Below, one piece after another: positions 54,252 through 64,000 of a DNA stretch of 64,000 nt (the stretch's first letter is position 1; the number at the start of each line of letters is the position of its first letter). The DNA is from Lama guanicoe (taxonomy: Eukaryota). The stretch is taken from positions 1,956,115 through 2,020,114 of the forward strand of contig MU053365.1 of the NCBI GenBank assembly GCA_013239625.1, in the 5' to 3' direction. The notes beneath the pieces are model-generated. The model had not been told where the DNA came from. It did not search any database and worked only from the letters and a program-made list of their open reading frames with translations. The position numbers and the translations under genes are program-made.

Positions 54252-54490
54252 TTTCTTCCAGTTTTCAGATATAATTGAAGTACAGTGCTGTATAAGTTTA
54301 AAGTGGACAGTGTAATGATTTCACTTACATCATGAAATGATGACCACAATAAGTTTAGTGAACACCCATCATCTCAGACAGATAAAACATTAAAGAAATA
54401 GAAAAAAAATTTTGTTGTAATGAGAACTCTTAGGATTTACTCTCTTAAAATTTTTCATATATAATGTACAGCAGTGTTAATTATATTTTT
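54252..54490 (-). mobile_element. L1 3' terminus fragment
   Basis: gatataattga...tgtataagtttaaagtg...tgagaactcttaggatttactctctt. Confidence 0.8.
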
Positions 54491-54899
54491 ATGAATGTGA
54501 TATTTTTATTTAATGAATTTATCACAGTGTAACAAAAGAAACTTGCCTGAACAAAACCACTTTACCTAAAAAAGGTAATATTATGTCATGTGGATTTAAT
54601 TTTGGTAAAGGAAATAGGAGAATATCAATAGATAGTAGTTCAACTATGAATTTATAAGAGATATGATATTTTTATCCTCCATAGAGGCAGTAAATCCACA
54701 ATTCACAAAACATTTTCATGGATAAAGTGACAGCAGGGTATATGGAAAAAATAAAGACAGACGTATAATGATCCAGGAATCCATTCCTTTATGAGCATCC
54801 AATTAAATTATATATTTACATGTGTGATTATAAAAATTACATAAGCTCATTATTGATCCATCAGAATATATATTTACACTACCAGAAGTAACAATTTTT

Positions 54900-55495
54900 C
54901 CATGCAGAGTCACTATTTTCCAGTCTTCTTTTCAGAGTAAACTGGGTATGCAGTTCTATATTCTGTATCATTCCCATATACATTATATAATCAACATTTC
55001 CCATACTTTTTCAAATAAAATTGAAAGGCCTTCATTGTATATGATCACATAAATGTGCTATAATATATTTTATCCCATTCCCCTATAGTTAAATATTTAA
55101 ATGTTTCTGTTTTTTTCTTATTATACAATAACTCTCAGAGGACCATTATCATTTATTAATGTACATCTATATTTTTGATTATTTCCTTATAATGTAGTTC
55201 CCAAAGTGTAATTTCTATGTCACAATGCTTGAGAAGTTTTGAAAGTTGCTATAGATTGCTGTTTCTTTCCATAAGTTTATAAAATGTGTAGTGATTTATA
55301 GTTCCACCAACAATATTTGGTGTTTGTTTCATAATACCTTGTCATCCTTGAGCATCATTATTTAGTATCTTTTATAATTTAATATATAACAAATGGTATG
55401 TCATTACTATTTAATTTTGTATTTCTTTGATTATAATTTTCAATGTTTATTTTCTAATTTTAACTTCTAATTTTTGATGTATATGGCCATGATTT
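54900..55495 (-). mobile_element. Old L1 (L1ME-like) fragment
   Basis: attccctatagttaaatatttaaatgtttc, ttcccaaagtgtaattt, aaatggtatgtcatt. Confidence 0.65.
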
Positions 55496-55516
55496 TTGTT
55501 TAGTTCCTACTTTTTA

Positions 55517-55623
55517 TTTTTTTAAACATGTTTTATTGAGTTATAGTCATTTTACAATGTTGTGTCAAGTTGCAGTGTAGAGCACAATTTTTCAGTTATA
55601 CATGAACATACATATATTCATTG
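55517..55623 (-). mobile_element. Very short (107 bp) L1 3' tail insertion
   Basis: Perfect 17-bp TSD ttagttcctacttttta at 55500-55516 and 55624-55640. tttattg is the antisense polyA signal. Confidence 0.9.
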
Positions 55624-56496
55624 TTAGTTCCTACTTTTTAAATCAGCATCTCAGTTTTCTTATCAATATCTAAATAGTTTTAATTATAAAATAATAGATG
55701 CTTTTAAAATTTCCGACCAACTACTATATAAAGCAAAAATCGTCTTTCCCTGTATGTATCTACTGCTAAAACTTTTGATGATATCCATTTTATTTTATTT
55801 CATAGAACACTGTTTCACCAATAATCAACATTGAAATGACAAGCCAGGGTTCTCATTGCAGACTCCACCATATCTTTTTGTGTGACCTTGAAAATGTAGA
55901 CAACAGATTTTATTCTAATGCAAAGACAGCAGGTGCCCACCCATTCATCCATTCACTCATTTATTCATTCTTAACTCTATTATTTTAATGAGCACCCCAT
56001 AGGGAGAACTTGGAAATTTTCCATCACTACCTCTCTCCCAAAGCTGCTGGATGCCTGAAATTTAACCATTAGAGAATCATTTTAGAGCTTATTGATCTAG
56101 GGCAGAGCTATCAAGAGGTTCAACTGTACGAAGTCAAGCAACAGGCAAATAGCTGCCTCCTTCTATCCATCCCATCCATTCCTCCACTCCCGTCTAACAC
56201 ACCAAGCAGGGCTTTGGGGAAAGTTCTTTTCGTAGGTTTTCTCATCCTTTCTTCTCACTTCACAGCTTTTGATTTATATTGGGAGGACCATGGTGAGGTT
56301 TCAAAAGATTTATTCTAGGATAAAGGAGGGTTGCTTTCCTGACCAGCTGTAGGTAAGAAACTCAGGGTACAATTTATGTCATGCCTGGTCACCCCAGGAA
56401 GTATTGTGGTAGGAGTCCCATTATCTTTCTCCATTGAATAGGAGTATCTTCCTCTTCTGGGTTTTAGGTAGATTCAGGGCCTGGACATGTCTGTCT

Positions 56497-56750
56497 CAGG
56501 GCAAGGACTCAGGTGACAGGATCTGGTGGAGCCTGGGTTAGAATGAGGGAAATGACTGAGTTATACAAGTGCAGGATTGGATCCTGTATTTATTTAAAAT
56601 TTTGTCCATCGTAGAATTTTCATTGATTTAGAAATTTTAAAATGTTACATCAAGATAATGTGCATCTTGGTTTACTGAGTTTTTTGATGGCCTCTAAAAT
56701 TTTACGCCCTGGTTGAATACCTCAGTTACCTTATCCTAATCCTGGCCCTG
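56497..56750. mobile_element. hAT MITE (MER96B-like)
   Basis: TIR-like ends cagggcaaggact and aatcctggccctg; internal gatcctgtatttatttaaaatttt and tactgagttttttg. Confidence 0.7.
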
Positions 56751-57120
56751 ATTTTATTTCCCAGTGACGGAGGGGGCTTCTTATCAACTGCAAGCTCCTC
56801 TAGTTCCTTTAATATTAACCAAAGCTGGATGATTCTCAAATCCATCGCCAGCTGTCACTATTGGAGAAAGTTTTGGCTTCCTTTCATATCCATCTCCTCC
56901 AGCACTGGGTGTATTCCACATGTTTGAGTCTATGACCTGGTCTGTCTATATCCTGTGACAACTCAGCAATTATTCCTCATTTGGCATTAACAATAAAACA
57001 ATAGCAAGAGGTACCATGCACTTTGGAGACCTCTACAGACTTCTTTGGTTTAGGAATTTGGAATAGGTGGGGTTGGGGATGGTGGGGAGCAGGACATATT
57101 TCTTCAAGGCTCTGAAGCAG

Positions 57121-57307
57121 CAGGGGGTTCTTAGCCCTGATTACACACGGCAATTGCCTGAAGAGCTTTCAAAAATACCTACGTCTAGGTTCTACCCACA
57201 GCTGTTCTTTCAGTTGGTCTAGGATAGAGCTGAAACATTGTTGTGTTTTTTTTTTTCTTAAAGCTCCTCAGATGATATTAATGTGTAACCAAACTCAAAA
57301 ATCACTG
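57121..57307. mobile_element. MER5-like hAT MITE
   Basis: cagggggttcttagccctg ... aagctcctcagatgatattaatgtg ... aatcactg. Confidence 0.75.
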
Positions 57308-57968
57308 TGTCTTTCATTACTCAGGGGCCAGCTGACATTCACTCTGAGGGGTGTGGGAAGCAGATTATTATGGATCTGAAGAATTAAGTGAGAAGTTTCT
57401 AAGGGTTTTGCTGAAGAAATATCTTTGACATCCGAAACTGGTAGCAATGAGTGGGAGAGTGGGGAGAAAGTTTCAATATTACCATAAGACCTGGACAGTG
57501 CTATGTCCCAATAATATTCATTATTGATGCTGGGAGCTAAATGCTCTTTTTTCCCACTGAGTGCCCAAATTTCTGTTGAGTTTTTTTTTTTTTGAGGTAT
57601 AAGCCTGGTCTGTATTTATAATCAGATTTGAAGCTAAAGAATCTCATCAATTGAGTTTCTAAATACATTCTAAACATTTACCAAGGAGCCTCTTCCAAAA
57701 TATGTCTTCTCTTTGGGGCATACCTGTTAGGTATTTTGGTGTGTGTTTTGAATACCTTGAGAGACATGTTTCTTCTGCAAGTTTTAGGTTAGAGGGTGAA
57801 ATTTCTAGTAAACATCAATCTCAATTTCAAAGCCATCACCTCTTACCTTCAGAAAATCCCCTCCATTTTAGAGTTGGAAATAAGAGAGCACCGATGTGGA
57901 GAGGAGCTGATATTGCTTCTCAGGTCGTCAGTGACCATAATGACGTGAAGAAGCTGGAATAGTTTCTG

Positions 57969-58015
57969 TCTTCATTACCCTAATAGGACTTTGAGGACTA
58001 TTAGGGTAATGAAGA
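57969..58015. repeat. Perfect 18-bp inverted repeat with 11-nt loop
   Basis: tcttcattaccctaatag (57969-57986), loop gactttgagga, ctattagggtaatgaaga (57998-58015). Confidence 0.97.
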
Positions 58016-59254
58016 TTAATAGTTCCATTAGTCTTTCACTTTTGTGCTAAACCAAAGCCACAGATCACTGAGGAGCCAAAGGTATTCCAAATATTATGTA
58101 ATTATCATTGACTGAGAACAACAAGGCACTACATTGGTTCCTTCCAATACTTTGGTTTCAGTCTTTGCTGGGTAACCAGAACTTTCTGTGGTCCAGATTA
58201 TACTGCAGAAAATGATCACCATTTTGTCTTCTATTCTGAGGTTTATTAGAAGCAGCTCTTGTTCTATTGAGATGTCTTGAGAGTGATAGGGAGATGGAAT
58301 ACCAGAACTGTTTCTCTCTCCTACATTTTAGAATTCTTGATAGAATAATTTTCTGAAACATGGCACCAAGGTCAAAGGACTTGTACTAGGAGATTATGAG
58401 TCATGGTAATTACCTACAGAAATATTGTTGCAGTATATTTTTTGTCTTGTTTCACAACGGCATAATGAGAGTTTACCTTGCACTTCCACTAAACTGCTTC
58501 ATGAATTTAGGGGGGTCACTTCCCTTTGGGGGCCTCAGTTTTTATGTCAACAGACTGCAGTTGAACTGTATGATCTCCAAGCTCCCACTCAACTCAAATA
58601 TTCTATACTTGGTGATATCTGACTAAAATTGGGTGAATTAATGCATGCAGTTTTTACTTTGTATCTAGGAAGACAATTTTTCTGACACCAAATTCAGCAT
58701 AACTTTATACTGTAATGTTGTAATGTTACTATCTTTATACTTTTTAAACTTTATTTTTTCTAAAGCACTTAAAGCACTTTGACATTCCCTAGACTTTATT
58801 ATGTCTGAAGCTGAGTCCCAGCTTTATTTCATTAATTCTTACCATGTTCATTTGAGCAAAGGTGATAGGAAGGTTATTATCCTTGCTTCACAGGTGAAAA
58901 AACAATGCAAGTTAAATTAAATTCCTCAGGGCATTGAGGGACAAAAGGAGAATAAGGACTAGGACTGAGCCAGCATGGTGAAGGAAAGAGGGAAAGAAAA
59001 AGAGACTGCTGGTACCTGAAACTGGGTATAGGCTATGGGGACAGACCTATATTGTGCCTGTTGCCAGGGAGCTACTTGAAAGTAAGAGTAAGAGGTAGTA
59101 GGCAGTCGTGGTCAGATTGATGATGATTCTGTCTACCCAGCCCAGATTAGAACTTTTCTAAGAATTAGATGCTAAAGGTGAAGGTGGACCTAATAAGTTT
59201 TCTAACCTAGTGTTTTACCCAATACCTAACTTTCCTCTAAGAGCACAATTGTTG

Positions 59255-59440
59255 CTAAGTCTTACAGTGCTTGGGATTCTATATGCATTATCTCAGTTAA
59301 ATATTCTTGGGAAGGTACTATTATTATGTCCATTACACAGCTAAAGAAGCTTGAATCTTGGTCCAGGTCATACAACGTTTACCTGAATCTAGATTTGTCC
59401 CACTCAAATTTGCACTTTACAAAACTGTACGCTAATGCTT
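59255..59440 (-). mobile_element. MIR
   Basis: atatgcattatctcagttaa...ggtactattattatgtccatt. Confidence 0.65.
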
Positions 59441-60887
59441 CTCCAATACGGATATTCGAACAGTTTATAGTAATATCATTTTTGGCTATGTTCTATATTG
59501 CTATATAAAAATACCTTTCAATTTCCTCTTGAAAATTTTGAGACCTCTATCACTCAGTCTATTTAGAAAAACTCTTTTTTTCTTTCTATGAAAAAAAAGC
59601 AGTGATATAAAAAAATACAAACAAATGGTATGCAATGTCTCAGAACTCTACTGCAAGTCATTTCAACAAGTATGTAGGAAGGCCTCGTTTGTATCATAGG
59701 ATATCCAGAGGAATATGAATATGGAGATAGATAATTCCAGTTTCTATCTTTAAAGAATGTATAGTAATTGAAATAGGCCCATTTCTTCAGCATAGGAACA
59801 TGGGTGGCTGTGTTAAATCCCACTCATCTGGGGTGATGGCATGGAAGCTGTACCTTCATGTCTTTTCTGTCTAACCTAGGGATACTATGAAAGATACCTA
59901 CAGAGCAGCTGCCTTCTATGGATGCTTTTCTTGGGTAGCCTTCACTGGTTGTTTCCCCAGGGCCACAACCACTTTTAGTGATGGTCGTGGAGGCAACATG
60001 GTATAAATAATCAGTTGGCAAAGCACTGTATCAGTGCAGTGGGAGGACTACGTATTTATTTATTTATTCCAGACATATAAAACAATAGTAGAAAAGGCTG
60101 AGTCTTCAATAGCATATAGAATTAAAGTTGGCAAGAAGTGGCTATTGGTGGGGAGAAAAGTACAGGTGGAGAGACCAAAGCAATTCTATGGAAGTGTAAG
60201 GTGATATGATGAGAGCAGATTTTTTAAGTTGTGGAAAATCATGAAAAGGCACTTAAATTTTGATATGAACAAAATGGAAAGACATTAATTATTGCAGTTC
60301 TGAAGGCTGGGATCAGTGCATAGATAGTTGTTTTCTATAACCCAGTGGTTTCCAAAATGTGGTTTATGGAGCTCTTGAGTTTTATAGCGCTCTCTCATTA
60401 GCCACCCCTGTAATGTTAATACTTATAAAGTCAGTTCTATCTATGCTTAAAATAATGTACACATTGAGCTAACAGTATTTCATAGCAAAACACACACAAC
60501 AGTTTGATAAAAAGGTAAGATAAATTATTCAAAAGTTATAGAAATTAAAAGCTTCTTATGCAGTTTACTTAAACTTTAAATAATTTTTAAAAGCATGAAC
60601 TATGGATGTCAAGTAATATTTCCATCATTGCCTAAAGGTATATTCTAAAGAGTTGCAAAGCATTCTTTGTTTCAGAAGTCTGTGGCAACAGACAAGATTG
60701 ATATCTAACTGAATAATTCATCAGCTAAACTTTGCACATAGCCATTAGCAGTAATTCTGATGAGGATGCATATAGAGAACTTGTTCAAACTTTTCTCCTA
60801 ATTTTAGCATTGAACTTGAACTGTTCCTGATTCAAATTTCACATTTTGTCAGGAGATTCAATCTCCTCATTAAAAAAATTTAAGGAG

Positions 60888-61034
60888 GGGCAAGGGCATA
60901 GCTCAGTGGTAGAGCACATGCCTAGCATGCCTGAGGTCTTGGGTTCGGTCCTGGGTTCAATCTCCAGTAGTTCCATTAAAAAAATGAATAAGCCTAATGA
61001 CCTCCCCCCTCCAAAAAAAGATGAAAAAAATGGA
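60888..61034 (+). mobile_element. tRNA-derived SINE, camelid vic-1-like
   Basis: agggcatagctcagtggtagagcacatgcctagcatg...ctgggttcaatc and an A-rich tail. 16-bp TSD aaaaaaat(t/c)taaggag at 60872-60887 and 61035-61050. Confidence 0.9.
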
Positions 61035-61699
61035 AAAAAAATCTAAGGAGTATTCATACACTTGAGAAGACTTCCAATATTTCTTTTTCCATAAGAAATA
61101 TGCATAGATTAAAAATGTTTGGTACTATACATTTAACATAAATTTATCAGATCCTTTTTGTAAAAGTACATCTTGAATCCCCAAATTTTAATATCTAATT
61201 TTTGGCCCATAGAAACAGCTTAAGAAATATGTACTGAATATTTATCGTTTTACAACTCTTTGCCTAAATCCAGCCTCAGTCCTCTCCATACAATATTTTT
61301 TAGAAGCACAGAAATAAGAACTATTGATTTCTTTATTTTTAGATGAAAGTATTAAGGCTCCAAGAGTTTCAATGATTATCCTAAATTCACATGAATAATT
61401 TAGTGTTAGAACCAGCATAGCATGCAGTTTACCAAATCCAAATTCAGTGCTCTTATGCCAAATCAGAATGTATTATGTGATTCATATTAGCAGTTCTTCA
61501 AAAATATTTTGTGGCATTATACAACAGAAGCTACATGTAAACAAAAGTCATACATGAAATAAAAAAGAATGAGATAATAAATATGCTTGAAGTCATAAAT
61601 TAATCCTGTGGTCAATAATTTACTATGAATCTAAATTTCCTTGCAGCAAAGTAAAAAGTCATGTAATTTTCATCATTTACCAAATAGAAAAATGTAAGT

Positions 61700-62290
61700 A
61701 ATGTGATATCATGTCACAACCATGTTAGAAACTCTCCCAATGGCTTTCCATTGCACTTACCGATAATTCAGACTTCACATGTAGCCTACAAGGCACAACA
61801 TCCTCCAGCCCCCATTTTTTTTCTAATCTCAACTATTACTTTCCCCAATGTTAACTACATTTTAATCTCTCTGTTCTTTCAATATGCCATACTTATTCCC
61901 ATCTTCAGGTCTTTAGATTCACTATTCAATCCACTGGCAATACTATTCACCCAGATATTCATATAACTAGCTCTTTTTCATTATTCAGGTCATAAGTCTT
62001 AGCTTCTCATTATTGCAGTCTCAAAGAAATCATAATTGACTATCCTATCTAAATCAATCATTTCCCCAGCTAATCCCTGATTAATTACCACAGTCAATTT
62101 TCTTCCTAGCACTCTCTGAAGTTTTCATATTTCACTTTAAGAAAAAATATGTGTTTATTTCTCTTCCCCTCCAACTAGAATGAAAATTTCACAGGAGCCA
62201 GATACTCATGTATCTTTTTTTTATCCACTGTTGAATCTCCAGCACCAAGGATAGAGCCAATTGGGCACTCAATTGTAAACGAATAAACTC
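61700..62290 (+). mobile_element. L2 3' region
   Basis: aatggctttccattgcactta, ccagatattcatataactagctc, aactagaatgaaaa...ctccagcacc. Confidence 0.75.
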
Positions 62291-62929
62291 ATTGAGAGAG
62301 ATGAACTTTTCTTAAAACTTAATCCTAAAATCTCATAAATTCTTTAAAAAAAAGACTTTGAAAACATGACGTGATATGGCTTTAGCATCTACATTTAGAA
62401 TATGCAGCCAGTATAGATGGGGTAATATCAAGAGAGCGTTCATGGCATAATTTTGAGTAAACTAATATATAATTGAAACCCAACAAAATAAGAGCTTTGA
62501 AGGAAACTAACACAAAATGTGTAGAGACAGAAAACAAAACAAAACAAAACAGCAAGGTTAGTGTTACAAAATCAAAGTGACAGGAATATTTTTAAAGCAG
62601 GTCATGAATAGTGTAAATGTGTGAAAAGTATTCATTGAATTTTTCAACAAAAATGCTAGTGGTAACCTTGGCAAAAGCAAATTCAGGGGAGTGGCAGTGG
62701 TGATGATAAAAGTCAGATTGCAGTGGATACATGGGAAAATGTAACATGGGATTTCAACATGAAAAATAGATAGCATGATTTTGTGCTAGACTTTTTCAGG
62801 GTATATTTGTACTTATCGGATTTGACCTCCTAAAGAATTTCAATTTAGCTCTGCTCAAGCATCTGTATTAAAGGAGCACTGCCTTCTGATGAGATACTGA
62901 ATTGGATATTTGCAAATATATTGGACTTT

Positions 62930-63135
62930 TTTCCTTCCAGGCAGGCTTTTAAATATTTGGATACTTACATACTGTATACCTTAGATCTTCTCTTCTATAG
63001 GCTAAATATTTATAGATTCTCCAACCATTCCCACTTGTAATCTGGCTTCAGACCTTTTACTTGCATCCATGTTAGCCTTTGACCACTGTAGTTTGTCAGT
63101 GTCATCTTACAAAATGATTTCTAGAAATGCTTAAG
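62930..63135 (-). mobile_element. CR1/L3-like fragment
   Basis: cttctcttctataggctaaa...caaccattcc...agtttgtcagtgtc resembles antisense L3 RT-end sequence. Confidence 0.5.
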
Positions 63136-63281
63136 AACATCATTCACCTTTCCAAATATTTGTAATAGTTCCCCACTGCCCCATTCATTCTGACTTGTAA
63201 GACCTTTAACATTGACTTTAGCAGACATTCTTAGGCATTATTTCCCTTTCCCCTCCATTATTTATAATACACGGTCTAGAG

Positions 63282-63520
63282 CAGGGGTCTGCAATCTGTT
63301 TTTGTAAAGGGCCAGATAGTAAATAGGTTTTCTTTGCAGACCATATGGTCTCTGTTGCAACTACTCCATATATGTTATAAATAATACAGCAGATAATATC
63401 TATACAATAGACAATACATTAGTGAATGAATGGCTGTGTTCTAATCACACTTTACTGGAGAAAAAAAAAAAACGTCAGCAGGCTGAATTTGGTTCACAAG
63501 CTATAGTTTGCCAACTGGTG
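63282..63520 (+). mobile_element. MER58A-like hAT MITE
   Basis: caggggtctgcaa...gtaaagggccagatagtaaata...atagtttgccaac. Degenerate TSD gtctagag / atctagac. Confidence 0.88.
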
Positions 63521-63603
63521 ATCTAGACAAACAAACTACCTTGACATTCTTTGGCATACCTAAGTTACTTCTGTGGATTTGTTCACGCTTCCCCTGCCCC
63601 AAC

Positions 63604-63870
63604 ATTAGTTAAAGTAAAGGCTATGCTGATGTAACCAACAGACTCAAATACAGCAGTTTACATGAGAGGAGAGGTTTTTCCTTCTTACATATCAGTCTGG
63701 CATGAGTGGAACAGATTGGTTCACAGCTCTGTTCTATAAGATCACTCAGTACATGGGCTTCTTCTTGCTAAATGTAGCAAGCACTTGTTAACGAAGAGTA
63801 ATGGGCACACTAGCACTCTTTCTCTTGATGATCACTTCCCCTAGATGTATAGGCTTATATATCTTTGTTT
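63604..63870 (-). mobile_element. Old MaLR LTR-like fragment
   Basis: ttagtta...aggctatgctgatgtaacc...; weak similarity only. Confidence 0.4.
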
Positions 63871-63984
63871 TAACTTATAAAGCATTGAAAAAGATAGTTT
63901 TGCCAAATTTTTTGACTCTACATAACATGGAAGTCCACTTTCCTAGCCTGGTACATCTTTTCCTATCCATGAAGCCAATGAATC

Positions 63985-64000
63985 ATATATATATATATAT
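63985..64000 (+). repeat. (TA)n at the window end
   Basis: Direct reading. Confidence 0.9.

Noticed and set aside
57066..57093. G-quadruplex-like G runs
   Set aside because: Only three runs of three or more G; common by chance.
1..64000. NUMT, non-retroviral endogenous viral element or host coding gene
   Set aside because: I recognised no mitochondrial, non-retroviral viral or host-protein motifs by eye. Highly decayed or very short exons cannot be excluded without BLASTX.

Overview
AT-rich, CpG-poor mammalian genomic DNA, intergenic or deep intronic, and dominated by transposable-element remnants. Two tRNA-derived SINEs of the vic-1 type and cetartiodactyl-type L1 ends point to a camelid. 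I recognise no host protein-coding exon, RNA gene or CRISPR array. The ORFs I can identify are decayed L1 or ERV-L frames; the rest look like chance ORFs. Main content: several L1s, including a 5'UTR-to-ORF2 fusion, a twin-primed/chimeric L1 and a back-to-back pair of 3' ends; a ~4.6 kb ERV-L (LTR16/ERV3-16A3-like) provirus remnant splitting an L2; MaLR solo LTRs; hAT and Tigger MITEs; and L2, MIR and CR1 relics. Signals not explained by repeats are a perfect 18-bp hairpin at ~58.0 kb, a small CpG/TF-motif cluster at ~31.8 kb, and a few + strand exon-like segments. I found no convincing novel biological system. Repeat subfamily names come from recalled consensus similarity, and most repeat boundaries are approximate.
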